Assembly (NCBI RefSeq): GCF_006345805.1
Contig: NC_043020.1
Span: 22,134,001 to 22,198,000, forward strand
Direction of reading: 5' to 3'
DNA: 64,000 nt
From: Octopus sinensis
Taxonomy: Eukaryota
This document shows positions 36,914-51,990 of this stretch, piece after piece. Every line of letters begins with the position of its first letter. Position 1 is the stretch's first letter. Below the pieces are notes generated by a model. The model was not told the DNA's origin, did not search any database, and worked only from the letters and a program-made list of their open reading frames with translations. Made by a program: the position numbers and the translations under genes.

Positions 36914-38149
36914 TGTGTGTGTGTGTGTTGTGTGTGTGTGGTGTATGTATGTATGTATGTGTATGTATGTATGCTGTATGCATGTGTATATGTTATATAT
37001 TAAAAATGTATAATTACAAATACACACACGTTAGATGCGAATGAAAGTGTGTGTTTGTCTGTCTATATGTGTGTGTGTGTGTTTTGTGTGTGTTGTGTGT
37101 GTGTGTGTGTGTGTGTATTTGTGTACGTATATCTAATGTACTACATACATATGTATCGTGAGTGAGATTGCTTCATCATCATTCGTGTAGTTTTGCTCTT
37201 GAGATTGTTTGCCAAGGAAAACAGTGTGAAAGGTGAATTGTGTCCGAAATAAAAGAGAACAATGGCGAGAGGTGAAGTATAAAAGAAATAAGGAATTTTT
37301 GGAGTTTGGGAGGGGAATAAAAAAGAAAGAGAATAACAGAATGAAATTTAGTGTAAAGGAACGCAAGAACGAATGAAGGACTTAATGAAACCTACTAGAG
37401 AGAAAGAGAACAAAATGACGGTTTTAAATGCGAGTGCATATACATATGTGTGTGTGTATGTGTGTTATATATTATACATATATATATATATATATATATC
37501 TATATATCATATATATATATTTATACATATGTGCCTGTGTACATACATATATATACCACATATATATGTGCCCCAACATAGACTAATGAACGAGACAAGT
37601 AAAATATAATAATAAATATATACGTTCGTATGCATGCATGGAGGGATGTAGAATGAGTAGCAGAAATCCAAAACACAACAAAACTAATAAAAGAGCGAAC
37701 TTTGAAGAGAAATAAATGCAAGCGGAACCAGTGATACGAAGTATTGGAGGGAGAGAAAGGGAGAGTAGGGGAAGTGAGAGAGGTGGAAATTTGGGGGAAA
37801 ATGGAGTAGAATAAAGGCAGGAGGAGTAAAAGGTGAGAGAAATTTTTTTTTGCTTTGTTTCTTTTTTATTTGCAATGATCCTGATAAAGGAGATCTCGTC
37901 TAAACACATAGACAAAGGCGTGTGTACGCATGCGTTTGAATACATGCTTGTACGTGCAGTGTTGCAGTTGTACAAATGCAGCTAGTCAGAGGCGGACATA
38001 GTCATATACACATATTTGTTGCGAATGAATGGAACAGGGGAGGAACATGAAAGTATAGAAGGATCCGCAAAGAATACATCGAAAATATGTGTAGGAATAT
38101 ATACATGCCGAAGGTATGCATGTGTGTGTTGTATATACTATGCATGCAT

Positions 38150-38189
<40 letters not shown>

Positions 38190-39535
38190 ATATATATATA
38201 ATATATATATAATATATATATGCAGTACATGTTTTTATGTGTATGGATAATATGAGTATGTAAATATATATATATATGCCGAAGTATATAGAAACTGTAT
38301 ACATACATGTGTGTGTGTACGTGTACACATATATATGCCATATCTTAAGACATGCATACCTGTATTCATGTTAAATGCACACTTTTCTATCAATATATGT
38401 ACATGTATGTATGTATATGTATGTATATATCTGTATGCATGTATGTATATATATATACTATATATATATTATGTATGTATGTATATTACATATATACATA
38501 CATATACGTATAATAGAAAGGTGGCTTTTAATACAAGGTGTATGTCTTACGTTTGATCTTCCTCAAGTGTCTAAAGACAAACCAAAGTGGCGAAACAAGA
38601 CATTCTATCAACAGGAATATTTCAACTGTGTGTGTGTGTGTGTGTTGCGTGTGTGTATGTATGTGTGTTTATGTGTGTGTGTGTGTTGTGTGTGTAGTAT
38701 TGTGTGTGTTTATGTGTGTGTGTGTGTGTATGTGTATTATATATTTTGGCTGATGCCAATTCACACACAACCACGCACTCACATATACTCCCAATATTGT
38801 TCTCACAATAAACTGCACCAAAAGGCTTTCGCAGCAAATTCAAAGAAACACGAGATTTAAAAGGTTAAAACATTTTATAAGTAGTCGTGTCACAATACAC
38901 ACACACACACACACTTACGCACAAACACACACACATACACAAATGCACACACACACAGACTCACGTACGCAACCCATGTATGGTATATATATACGCACAC
39001 ACAAATATTTACAAAAGACTGAAGAGAGAGAGAGAAAAAAAGAAAGAGAGAGACAGACAACAGACAGACAGAAATACAGAGACAGGGAGAAGACAGAAGA
39101 AGAAAGAAAGGAAAAAGAAAGAAGAAAGATAATATAGATAGATAGATAGATATATAGATAGATAGATAGATAGATAGAAGGAAGGCAGGAAAGATGAAAG
39201 AGAAAGAAAGAAATAAATAAAGAAGAAGGAAAGAAAGAACGAAAGAAAGAAAGAGAAAAGAAAAAAGAAATGGAGTAGATGGGCCGATACTTAGTATTGT
39301 GCATATTTATGCGTATGCATCATTACGTGGGTTGTCATTGTCTGAATGTATAAAAGTATCGTCGATGATGGAACTATGGAACACTGAATATGACGAAATA
39401 AATGTAGAAATGGCTGCTCTGCTCGGAAATATTGCCAAAAAAGAGAATAAGTGGCCGATTTTTATATATTGCTAGTCTTTAATTCATATGCGCGTGTATG
39501 AGTGTATGCTTGTTTGCCTGCATATTATATATGTA

Positions 39536-39578
<43 letters not shown>

Positions 39579-39730
39579 TATAGATAGATCGATAGATGAT
39601 AGATAGATAGATAGATAGATAGATATAGGTAGATAGATAGATAATAGATAGATAGATAGATAGATAGGTAGGTAGATAGATAGGTAGATAGATAGATAGA
39701 TAGATACATAGATAGATAGATAGATATAGG

Positions 39731-39761
<31 letters not shown>

Positions 39762-39794
39762 GTAGATAGATAGGTAGATAGATAGATAGATAGA

Positions 39795-39830
<36 letters not shown>

Positions 39831-39853
39831 TATAATATACATATATATATATA

Positions 39854-39892
<39 letters not shown>

Positions 39893-39893
39893 C

Positions 39894-39926
<33 letters not shown>

Positions 39927-40289
39927 TATATACATATGTATATATATCTTATATATATATATACATATGTGTGTATAATTATATATATGAGCGTGTATCA
40001 TATGCATGCATATATATACTTATATATATACTCACACACACAATATATATAAAATATATATATATATATATATCTTATTATTATATATATATATATATAC
40101 ATATGTGTGTATAATTATATATTTGTGTATACATATGTTGTATATATTTATATATATACTCACACACATATATATATAAATATATATATATATAACATTT
40201 ATTTATATATATATATACATTTATTTATATACAAACATATATATACATACACATACAGATGTAAATATGTATGTATACATGCATATATA

Positions 40290-40290
<1 letters not shown>
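36580..40290. repeat. Compound microsatellite field: (TG)n, (TA)n, (GATA)n, (GAAA)n, (TACA)n
   Basis: Directly visible; it generates most of the low-complexity ORFs. Similar tracts at 26100-26260, 28630-28860, 33005-33265, 41458-41630, 44890-45120, 45480-46130 and 57880-58560. Confidence 0.95.
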
Positions 40291-41558
<1,268 letters not shown>

Positions 41559-41749
41559 TATATATATATATATATAATATATATATATATAATATATATA
41601 ATAATATATATGCATCCAAACATATATATAGAAATTTTTGTTAAAGAAGCCCCCTGCTATAACAGTACCCAAGCTAACAGTGGTTTCAAAAGTAAGTTAT
41701 ATCACAACCCTTCTACTAATGATACTAATGATACAAATAGAACCTTTGA

Positions 41750-43017
41750 TGGAGAAAGAATGACAGAAAAATTTAAGGTGGAGTATTTGCGCAGACTGAT
41801 CCTTAATTCGAAATTAAATGGATGGAATAAAATGGAAGCTATCAACACCTACGCGGTTTCACTCCTTGGATATGGAGCAGGGATAATCACATGAACAGTA
41901 GACGAACTAAACAGCCTAGACAGAAAGACAAGGAAGAAGTTGCGAATTATATATGGGTCACTCCACCCAAAAAGTGACACAGACAGACTGTATGTACCAA
42001 GAAAAGAGGGGAAGAGGACTTATTGGATGTGAACACAGCATTAGAGCTGAAGAAAACAACATAGCATAGTATGTAAAAAAATGCCACAGAACCGCTATTA
42101 TTAGAAGTAGGAAGTTCAGGCTGTGTAGGATGCAAGATTACAAAGATAAAGCACTATACAAGAAACTGAAGACGAATGAAACTGAAAATAGGTGGATAAA
42201 GAAAAGGATACATGGTCAATTTCATAGGGATGTTGAAGATAAGACAGACAGAGAAAACTATGGCCGTGGATGACTAAAAGTGAGTTAAAACCGGAAACGG
42301 AGGCTCTAATCTGTGCTGCCCAAGATCAAGCACTAAGAACAAACTACGTAAAATACAGAATAGACAACACAGCAGAAAGTGAAAAGTGCAGAATCTGTGG
42401 ACAAACGGTGAAACCGTATGGCTATTACCAGCTAATGTACGCCACTAGCCCAGAAGAAATATAAGGGACGCCACAACAATATAGCCAGGCTTGTCATTGG
42501 ACACTTTGCAACAATTAAGGAACTTGACAGAGAAAAAAGTTGGTACGACCACAAACCTGAAGGTATCTTCGAAAATAGAAATGCAAATCCTATGGGATTT
42601 TATGATTCAGTGCGACCATGAGATAGAGAAAAGGAAGCCGGACATAGTCTTAATTGAGAAAGAAAACAAACTATGCTGGATCATAGATATAGCATGCCCA
42701 ACTGACAACAAGGTATACGATAAGGAAGAAAGAAAAGTTGAGAGATATGACAGGTAGCTTGGGAAGTTAAGTTGAGTTGTCTGTCGATCAAATGAGGTAA
42801 GAGCTAGTAAATACCAATAATTGTCGGAGCAAAAATCTCGAAAATACGTGGAACAAATAGGGGCTGCAATAAGGGTGGAGCACTTGCAGAAAGGAGCACT
42901 ACTTGGAACCACTCGAATACTACGGAAGGTGCTCGAAAAATAAGAGGTATTACCTTAGTTCACTGGTAGTAAACAGCTAACACTGTAGTACATCTCCAGC
43001 GTTAGAAGCTGTGCAAA

Positions 43018-43086
<69 letters not shown>
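41750..43086 (+). mobile_element. Dong/R4-clade LINE 3' fragment ending in (AAT)n
   Basis: LILNSKLNGWNKMEAINTYAV, LDRKTRK, ETEALICAAQDQALRT, CRICG, ILWDF, KRKPDIVL...IIDIACP (restriction-like endonuclease); (AAT)n at 43020-43086. Confidence 0.88.
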
Positions 43087-43087
<1 letters not shown>

Positions 43088-43099
43088 GATGCCACTAGA

Positions 43100-43700
43100 T
43101 CTATTATTAGCATTTAATTATTAGTATTCTGATAATTATTAGAGGGATTATACATTAATTTATCTTTGAAGCTACTATTGGCTAGAGCATTGTTATAATG
43201 AGGAACAGCTTTCTCGAAAATAGGCCAAGGAAAATTATCTGGTCGCCTCTCCCTAGTTACATCTCAATATAGTAACACGACTTACTACGCATTCTATCCA
43301 GCGTTTCTCACAGAGCCCAAATATTAAACTAGGTCAGAATATCTTTCATTCGCTAGCCTTCAGTGGATTTATTTGGTCACTAAAGGATGAAATCGCTAAC
43401 TTTGCTATAAAATGAGAAATAGTCGGCGAGGCAGTACCATACAAAATTCGGGATTAAAAAATGCAATTTATGCCGGGAAGAAATATTCCATATTTTCACG
43501 TCTAAATACCACTTATCAAATAATATGCAAGAATTATCCCCCAAATGCTCCCATTACCACCGAAAAGCTTTCAAAATTTTAAAACTTAATTTTAATTAAG
43601 CACTTCTCAGGTTAGCGATAGGAGAATTTACGTGAACATTAGTGGGTTATATTCTCTTATCAACTTTTCGCCCCCCATCTCACACATACGCATTCCTATT
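43100..43700 (-). mobile_element. Highly decayed coding relic, possibly Penelope-like
   Basis: Minus-strand patch PIFEKAVPHYNNALANSSFKDKLMYNP resembles the PLE RT thumb (IF..A.P.Y..AL..SG...L.Y); many stops. Confidence 0.35.
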
Positions 43701-44947
43701 TCCTTTGACTATTTCTTAACATTAGTCCTGGACTACTTTTATTCTCTCAAATATGCTTTTCCTTCTTAGTTTCTACCATTTTTTACATATTTCTTATGTG
43801 ATTCCGATATCGATTTTCTCTGGACTTCTCCAATCAATTATTCTCCTTCATGTAAAACACACCCCATATTGAATACTCTGTCATATCTAGGAGGATGCTA
43901 TCTACATATTGGTTTAAGCTTGGTCTACCTAGATAATGATTTTGATTTCTCTGTAAGTGGAAGTAATCTACCTTATTGTGAACGGCCTTACTAGTAAATT
44001 CTGAATATCTTATATTTTTAAACTCTGTCTTAGCAACTCTTGATGCATATACTCTCGCAGAAATTATTTCTGTCTATTTCACTTAAAGCTAGTGGATGGA
44101 ATATATTCTTGCCTAGTTCAAAACCTGGCCTTCCTAACTTTTCATCTAAAATTAGGGTCATCTAATGGTCGATTTGATTTTGTAGCTAAATCATATATCA
44201 CCCTACTACCTTTGCTGCTCTTTGCAGTCAAAATACATTGTCTCTTACCGAAAATATAAGACTGTCTAAACTATTCTACTCCAGTTCTCTTGAGGCTTTG
44301 ATGGTGACAACACCTTGAATAAAGCCGTATGGATGCGTTTTTAACACGGATGACATCTGGATGCAGATGAACCAACAGGATGTAAATGAACACCATATAA
44401 CAAGATATCATTGCAACAGAAACATATGTCGAGCAGAAGTTTGAAGGGAATATACTATGGGAAAGACTGTAATAATGAAAACTTGTGCAGATGTATAATT
44501 CTCCATCTTTATGTTGTCTTGGACATCCGCACAATAAACTGTTTATAACCTAATGAAGTGATCTCAGGATCTACTCAGCGTGCGAAATATTGTGTGATTG
44601 TTTACCTTAAATAATCCCCAGTTATTCCATATCCTTTGATGCGGTTAGCCAGAACTTGGGTTGTACTATTGTGCTTGAACGGTACCCGCCTGGATCTATT
44701 ATTCTTATCCATTCCCTTCGACCTATGGGTGCCCAGGATTTTCAGGCAATTTATGACTTGCTTGAAGATCTTGTGCACCCAAAGACGAAACTCACAGTAG
44801 CAAGAGACTGACTCTACCAAAATATAAACATATCACTAATCTTTACTATGGTATGAAGTAAAATTTTCCCGACCGTAAACACTAAACAAATAGATAGACA
44901 GACGACAGACAGACAGACAGACAGACAGACAGAACACAGACATATAG

Positions 44948-45002
<55 letters not shown>

Positions 45003-45003
45003 G

Positions 45004-45038
<35 letters not shown>

Positions 45039-45039
45039 G

Positions 45040-45116
<77 letters not shown>

Positions 45117-45694
45117 TGATGCATATATGCATATGTGCACATCTAAACGTGTGTGTGCGTGTGTGTGTTCATACGTGTGTGTGTAGTCTTCGTTTACAAG
45201 TGATTCCACTACAATGACGATGGCTACAGAGTAGTACAACAGACCTAGGTTCCAAACATAACACCAACTACAACAACAACTGCTACAACAGCATAAACAA
45301 CAAAGTCATATTAGACACAGATGTTTCTTAAATTAAATGGATAATCTACTGATTTCAATGATCAACCAATGTCCTGGGTATCGATTAGTTCATTTAAAAT
45401 AGGAAGACGGAAAACTGGAGTTGAATTTGATTTGATACAAGAACATTTCTCTTTTTTTTCACTAGATTTGATCTACTTGAAAATTACAACAACTACAACA
45501 ACAACAACAACACCAACAAAAGGAATAACGATAACGACAGCAGCAACAAAAATTACACTAGTTATGATATAACTAACAACAAAACGACCGCCAGAATCAC
45601 AAAAACAAACAAGAGAAAATAACAAAAAACAACTACAAAAAAACTACAGTAATAACTACAAAATACGATATCAAAACAGCTGCTGCTACTGCTG

Positions 45695-45736
<42 letters not shown>

Positions 45737-46949
45737 TAACATAGACCAAATTGAGTAATAGATGCCATGGCGAATGCGCAGAAGAAGCAAGAACTACAGT
45801 CATAAGTATTTCGAAACTATCACAGAAGGAATAATATCATCATCATCATCATCATTATCATCATCATCATCATCATCATCATCGTTATCGTCGTCGTCCT
45901 CCTCCTTCTTCTTCTCCTCCCCCTCATCATCATCATCAACAATGCCTGCATTAGAGTAACCATAACAAGTGGTAGTAGTAACAGCAGCAGCAACAACAGC
46001 AACAACAAACACCTTTATGACAGCAGCAGCACCCGAAGCAACGATCTCTTCACTCACAATCACAATGAAAGCACCACGATGACGCCGACAGTGAGGACAA
46101 CAGCAACAACAACACAACAACAAAAGCAAGCACCTGTCGGCAGAAAGCAGGTGGATTTAGCAAACAACCAGCTTTTGAGAAGGTAAAAAAACACAAATAA
46201 AATAAAATAAAATATGATAAACAAATAAATAAATGAGTGGTGAGGTGTGTGGTTGGAAGTGTAAGCACTTGAGTTGGTGCCAAACCCGTACAGGACAGAG
46301 ATGATGGCAGATAAAGTTAAAGATTGCGGAAAGGAAAGGAAATAGTTTGGTTGGCTTTTAAGAATTTGAAAAAGGGAAAAAAATATTCGTAAAGTGTTTG
46401 AGTGATTTGTTTGTAAAATATTTCACTTAATTATTTAAAACATTCAGAAGAAGAAGAAGAAGAAGAAGAAGAAAAATATCAACGAAATTTCTATTTTCTT
46501 TGTTTTTTTTTGGGCTTCTTTATATCGAAGAAATAATTTCTTTTTATGGTCACATGGGCAACAAATCACGTGGCATTACAAGAACTAACTACAAATACTT
46601 TGGACGTTTCCACCACAAAAAGAATTGTGACAATAAATGGGGAGCAGGAGCAGCAGGAAGAGGAGGAGAAGGCACAGGACAATGAAGATGATGATAATGA
46701 CGATGGTGAAGACGACGAAGAAGACGACAACAACGATAACGGGGAGGAGGAGAAGGAAGGGGATTTCGTTTGCCATTGGGACCATGAAGAGGAACGTTGC
46801 AAAAACAGATGGCAAAAATGTGCGACAATTTGCATAAAAACAGTGTAAAAATAGAAAATAAAAAGACTAGAAAAATAGTATAAATATATACAATGTATAT
46901 AAATATGTGTAAAGGCGGGGATCTCCACTTGGGAATAAACAAGAAACCC

Positions 46950-47330
46950 CACAAATTCAAAACCATCTTGAACTCCTGGTAACCACTCAGAACAGACTCA
47001 TTCACACTGCCATATTCGCTATTCAACACAGTTCTATTTCCAATGTGAACTTGAAGAAGTCGATTGAAGAAAATATCTGTCTTCAGTCTTTCCAGTCTCG
47101 TCCACCATACAGCTCTGACCACGACCAGACAAAGAGAAACCCTCTGGTCTTCCCAGTTAAAGAAAGGCGACAAGGTCAACTTCTAGATGGACTCGATCGA
47201 CAGACTGATCTGTCTTATACAAGGTAATTGTTGAACAAAATTCCACAAGTCCGAATGGTCGGATACTGAAGGAATGAAGGACACCTTGGAGATGTTCGGT
47301 TGACTACACTTTCCCTTCCTGTAGAATTAA
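46950..47330 (-). mobile_element. L1/Tx1-like LINE C-terminal fragment (another fragment at about 53790-53960)
   Basis: CLVVVRAVWWTRLERLKTDIF (ORF 46589-47179) and RWTEGPVKLLEIGFDPDCQVDKN (ORF 53725-53955) resemble the Tx1 ORF2 post-RT region. Confidence 0.5.
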
Positions 47331-47521
47331 TGTCAAACTGATAAAATTCCTTGGTAGAATAAATGTCACTAGAACTAAAAGGCCGAGTAACATTCTGCTT
47401 AAATAATGGAACTGCAGATACAATATCCCTGTATATACCACATCTGTTTCCATTCCTCCACTTTACTCTCTATTTCATATCTTCTTCCCCGAATATTTAT
47501 TGCTTACCACCTTCTCGCACC

Positions 47522-47568
47522 GTCTCCGATGAAGGGATATATAAAATATCCCGGAAACAGCTGTAGAT
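47522..47568 (+). ncRNA. Degenerate minimal hammerhead-like motif (Penelope type)
   Basis: CCGATGA-A-GGGATAT(ATAAA)ATATCCC-G-GAAAC-AGCT-GTA: 7-bp stem II and palindromic ACAGCTGT stem III, but U4 is C, 10.1/11.1 is unpaired and stem I is poor. Confidence 0.4.
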
Positions 47569-47626
47569 TTCGCTTTAAAATGTTCTGAAATCTTTCACAG
47601 CCTTGGATTTTTATCTCATTGTGTTA

Positions 47627-47684
<58 letters not shown>

Positions 47685-47791
47685 TGTGTGTGTGTGTGTG
47701 TGTGTGCATGAATATATACATATATTTATAAATATAGTTGGAAATGGGTACGTGGCGTACAATTAAACAATAAATAGTAAATAATATATAC

Positions 47792-47854
<63 letters not shown>

Positions 47855-49277
47855 TATATATGTATATATATATAGGAGTCAGTCGCCATGATAGATCGTT
47901 AGCCACTACACATTGTTTTTCTGTGTCCCTTTCTGTAGAAGAGCGTAGGCTTGAAACGTAAAAGACTTTTTCTATTTCTGAGTGTTATACTAATACATGT
48001 TTGTGTTTGTACACCACCTGTCTTCGTTTTTTTTTTCGTTAATTCTCCCTATATATATATATATATTCTTTCGTTCATTCATTTATTGATATATGATTTG
48101 ATTGATTTATAGCCATCTCTGACAGATTTTTCAGGGCAGATTCTTCCCAGATTTCATTGTAACAGTGTCGTAACTGTTGTTTTGTTGTTGTTGTTGTTGT
48201 TTTTGTTGTTCTTGTTCTTGTTGTTGATGATGATGATTATATTGTTGTTGTTGTTGGTGGTGGTGGTGGGGTGGTGTGACGGTGGTGGTGCTGCTGCTGC
48301 TGTTTGTACTTACCCTTTTACTCAGGCATTTGCATTCTATTGCTGTTATTGTTGTAGGTCTTATAGAACCCTACGTTGACCCTGATTCTACCCAACGATT
48401 AACCAAGTCATTCTCACCCTGACCATCCATATTTATTTCAGACATTATGTATTCTCCTTTTTAGATAGTAGGTTTTACTTGAGGTATATTTGGTTGTTAT
48501 TTCTAGCAAAACAATGACTTCATTGAGGCTTCCTTCACTTCATTGACATCTACGGGATTTATTAATTAGTGTAACTATTAAAGTTCATTAACGATTCAAC
48601 TAAGTAAACATTAATTATAAATAATACTTAGTCAAGTTAACGAGTTTCGCACCAGCAAATCTATGATTGGAGTTGAATTAGTGTTTATACACTTCATATC
48701 GTAAATTAGTAGAGATGGCAGTTTAATTAGAAATAATAATTAGTTTGAAGTGCGAAAATAAACATTGTAAAGTAAATTTCTATATTATCGACCATTTTCT
48801 CTGTTTATTGACAAACAGACAGACGTATTAGACGACATTTCGAAGTAAAATTAATATCTCGAATTTGTATTCATATGCCTACGGCTATTGAGAGTATGTG
48901 TTGTTGTTCCTTTTCTTATTGCTGTTGTTGTCGTTGTTGTCTTTCTTGTTGATGCTGTTGTTGTTGTTGCTTTAAACCCCCAAGTCAATCATAATTAACT
49001 ATTCAAGCTGTAGCCATACCAGCGGTTTTTGTGTAACGAAGGGTAATCCAACCTGTCGGATGTCCTGCCGTCGTGCAGCGTTTTTATTTCACAGAAATTT
49101 CAGTTCACTGAGTTTATTGGAGTTATTTCCCTTCCCTGTTTTCCTTTTTTGTTTAGTATTTTAATGTTAACAACCCTAAAGGGAATTTTTGCCTTCTTAC
49201 TGCATCAATAATCTCACTCAATCGAAGATTTTTTTACTCACTTGCAAGATATGTATATATATATATATATATATACT

Positions 49278-49349
<72 letters not shown>

Positions 49350-49399
49350 AGAGAGAGAAAAGAGAGAGGAATTACCCACCATCACTAACTGATATAGGT

Positions 49400-50070
49400 T
49401 TTCAACGTGCCCTGCAACTCAACGTCCACGAACTCAAACATCCCAAACTAAAGAATGAATTACAACTAAAAGACCACCATACATATCCACACACAACCCC
49501 CTAGAGGATGAGACCTTCGACACCATCTTCCAAAACATTTCTTTTCTATAAAGGGACCATAGAATGAATCAAATCCTTTAAACAACGCACACCATTATAA
49601 AGAGCTAAAGAAACAGCTCAAGTCAATGAAAAGTATTCTAGCACGAACCCAGGTACACTCGTCAACAACATCGATATTGACAGTAAAAAAATGCAGAAGA
49701 TCTAAGTGGTATTTGCGTCCACCTAACTGAGGAATCGGAGTTCTCCTTCAAATAGGGTTAATGTTTTAAAGTAAAAACAAATTCACATGTGCTTTGCAAA
49801 ACTTAATATATGTGTTAACTTTGCTCAGGGTGTCGTGCGCAATACGTTGGTAAAACTAAAACAGTATACGCCAGAGGATGACCTCACATAGATCCCAGAT
49901 TGAAATACGGGAATACAGAAAAATAGCATTTGGGCCACTAATCAGTACCCAACTTTAGAATTTTTCCCCTCTATAAATTTAGGAGCAACGCAACCTATAA
50001 TCAGCGCATTAGCCAAAAATCATGTTTTATCGCAAAGTATAAACTTCTTTTCAATGCTTCCACCACAGAT
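49400..50070 (+). mobile_element. Penelope-like element relic, GIY-YIG endonuclease region
   Basis: One frameshift restores NLIYVLT-CSGCRAQYVGKT (49799-49857), followed by RQRMTSHRSQI, the PLE GIY-YIG signature. Confidence 0.75.
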
Positions 50071-50744
50071 GACACTACTACAAAGATCTTTGAATAATAC
50101 AATAATACCCACGTGAATATTAAAAACGATAGATATATTCAGAAACCTCGCTGCCCACGAATTTATTTAGAACCATCCCTACTACTACTGCTATTACACA
50201 CCACAACAGGTTACTGTGAGGCTCTTGACCATTAAGGCTGATTCCACGGAGAACCTTTACTACTGGATAATACTACTCCCACCTTTTGCTTTCTCTTCAT
50301 CTTCTTTCTCTTCTTCTTCTTCTTCTTTTCTTTTCTTCTTCTTCTTCTTCCTCCCTTCTCTTCTTCTTTTTCGCCTTACCTTTCTTCTTCTTCGCCTTCT
50401 CCTTCTTCGGCTGCTGCTACTTAAACCATCATACTTCAGAATCAAATATACCTTTGCATCCATAAACTAATTTTTCAGATCTGCTTCTACCTACCTTACG
50501 AACCTTCACAGAGGAAAAGACACAGAAAATAAAAGAAAATGTCCGACCTTTTTGAAGGCTGAAGAAATATTTACAAAACATTTCACTTTTCTTAAATTTG
50601 ATCGTTTTTCTAGTTAATTAATATCCACCTTTGTTTCACTCTTAGTTGAAAAGTCGAAAAGACAGAAACCGTTACTAACCATTACAAAATGTATTTCATG
50701 ATAAAATTATTTATTTTCCTATATATATATATATATATATATAA

Positions 50745-50805
50745 TATTTAATATTTAATTCTTATGCTTTCCTAAAGACTTGATTTCGAAACGTACGTCC
50801 GTAGA
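50745..50805 (+). ncRNA. 3' half of a third hammerhead copy (lacks CTGAAGA and the 5' strand of stem I)
   Basis: ...GATTTCGAAACGTACGTCCGTAGA at 50782-50805; the array begins inside the stem II loop just after (TA)n. Confidence 0.8.
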
Positions 50806-51296
50806 TAACTTAAAATTGTATGATAGATTGCCGTCAATTCCTTCTCTCTTACCTGTTTGTGTCTGCCTTCCAATTGCTGTTTTTACTGAGATCTCCCTTT
50901 TTAGTAGAAGAAAAGCTATAACTTTTGACTGCTATTTCTAAATTCGGTATGTGGTAAGGCAATTCGTTGCTAAAACCCTTTATTGCTTAGTATTACTTAA
51001 ATTTTCCTCGAATGAGGCTTTTACATGCCGAAGACTACTTGGTGTAATTGATAATTATTCCAAATAATTAATTTCACCCTTCATTATTACGGATAACCAT
51101 ATTTTATCTCAGTAGATGACCACAGCATCTTGTTTTGGCTACACGCGGGTGGGAAGGGGCTGGTGACACAATATTTTCATTCACGCATTGAATTTGGTGA
51201 TACTAGTTGCGGATTCTAGCTCGCTCTGATACTGAGTTGAGTTGGTGCCTTCTAGTATCTCAAAATTCAATATATAATCATTTATGATTATAGTAT

Positions 51297-51397
51297 TCTA
51301 CGCTGAAGAGAAAAGAAGTTTTTGGTAAGATAGAATTATTTAATATTTAATTCTTATGCTTTCCTAAAGACTTGATTTCGAAACGTACGTCCGTAGA
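51297..51397 (+). ncRNA. Type I hammerhead ribozyme; predicted cleavage after C51391 (GUC)
   Basis: Stem I TCTACG (51297-302)/CGTAGA (51392-97); CTGAAGA (51303-09); stem II G51310-C51379; GAAA (51380-83); stem III AC-GTAC-GT; C17 = 51391. All conserved core bases are present. Confidence 0.9.
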
Positions 51398-51889
51398 TAA
51401 CTTAAAATTGTATGATAGATTGCCGTTAATTCATTCTCTCTTACCTGTTTGTGTCTGCCTTCCAATTGCTGTTTTTACTGAGATCTCCCTTTTTAGTAGA
51501 AGAAATAGCTATAACTCTTTGACTGCTATTTCTAAATTCGGTATGTGGTAAGGCAATTCGTTGCTAAACCCTTTATTGCTTAGTATTACATAAATTTCTT
51601 CGAATGAGGCTTTTACATGCCGAAGACTACTTGGTGTAATTGATAATTATTCCAATTAATTAATTTCACCCTTCATTATTACGGATAACCATATTTTATC
51701 TCAGTAGATGACCACAGCATCTTGTTTTGGCTACACGCGGGTGGGAAGGGGCTGGTGACACAATCTTTTCATTCACGCATTGAATTTGGTGATACTAGTT
51801 GCGGATTCTAGCTCGCTCTGATACTGAGTTGAGTTGGTGCCTTCTAGTATCTCAAAATTCAATATATAATCATTTATGATTATAGTATC

Positions 51890-51990
51890 TCTACGCTGAA
51901 GAGAAAAGAAGTTTTTGGTAAGATAGAATTATTTAATATTTAATTCTTATGCTTTCCTAAAGACTTGATTTCGAAACGTACGTCCGTAGA
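51890..51990 (+). ncRNA. Type I hammerhead ribozyme, second copy; predicted cleavage after C51984
   Basis: TCTACG-CTGAAGA-GAAA...TTTC-GAAAC-GTAC-GTC-CGTAGA, same core as the 51297 copy and 593 nt downstream. Confidence 0.9.

Noticed and set aside
47931-47968. TAGAAGAGCGTAGGCTTGAAAC motif
   Set aside because: The CUGA core is absent and there is no cleavage-site strand; at most a decayed PLE-type remnant.
50535-50584. Possible type III hammerhead (AAATGTC...CTGAAGA...AAACATTT)
   Set aside because: G12 is missing, and stems I and II are not convincingly paired.
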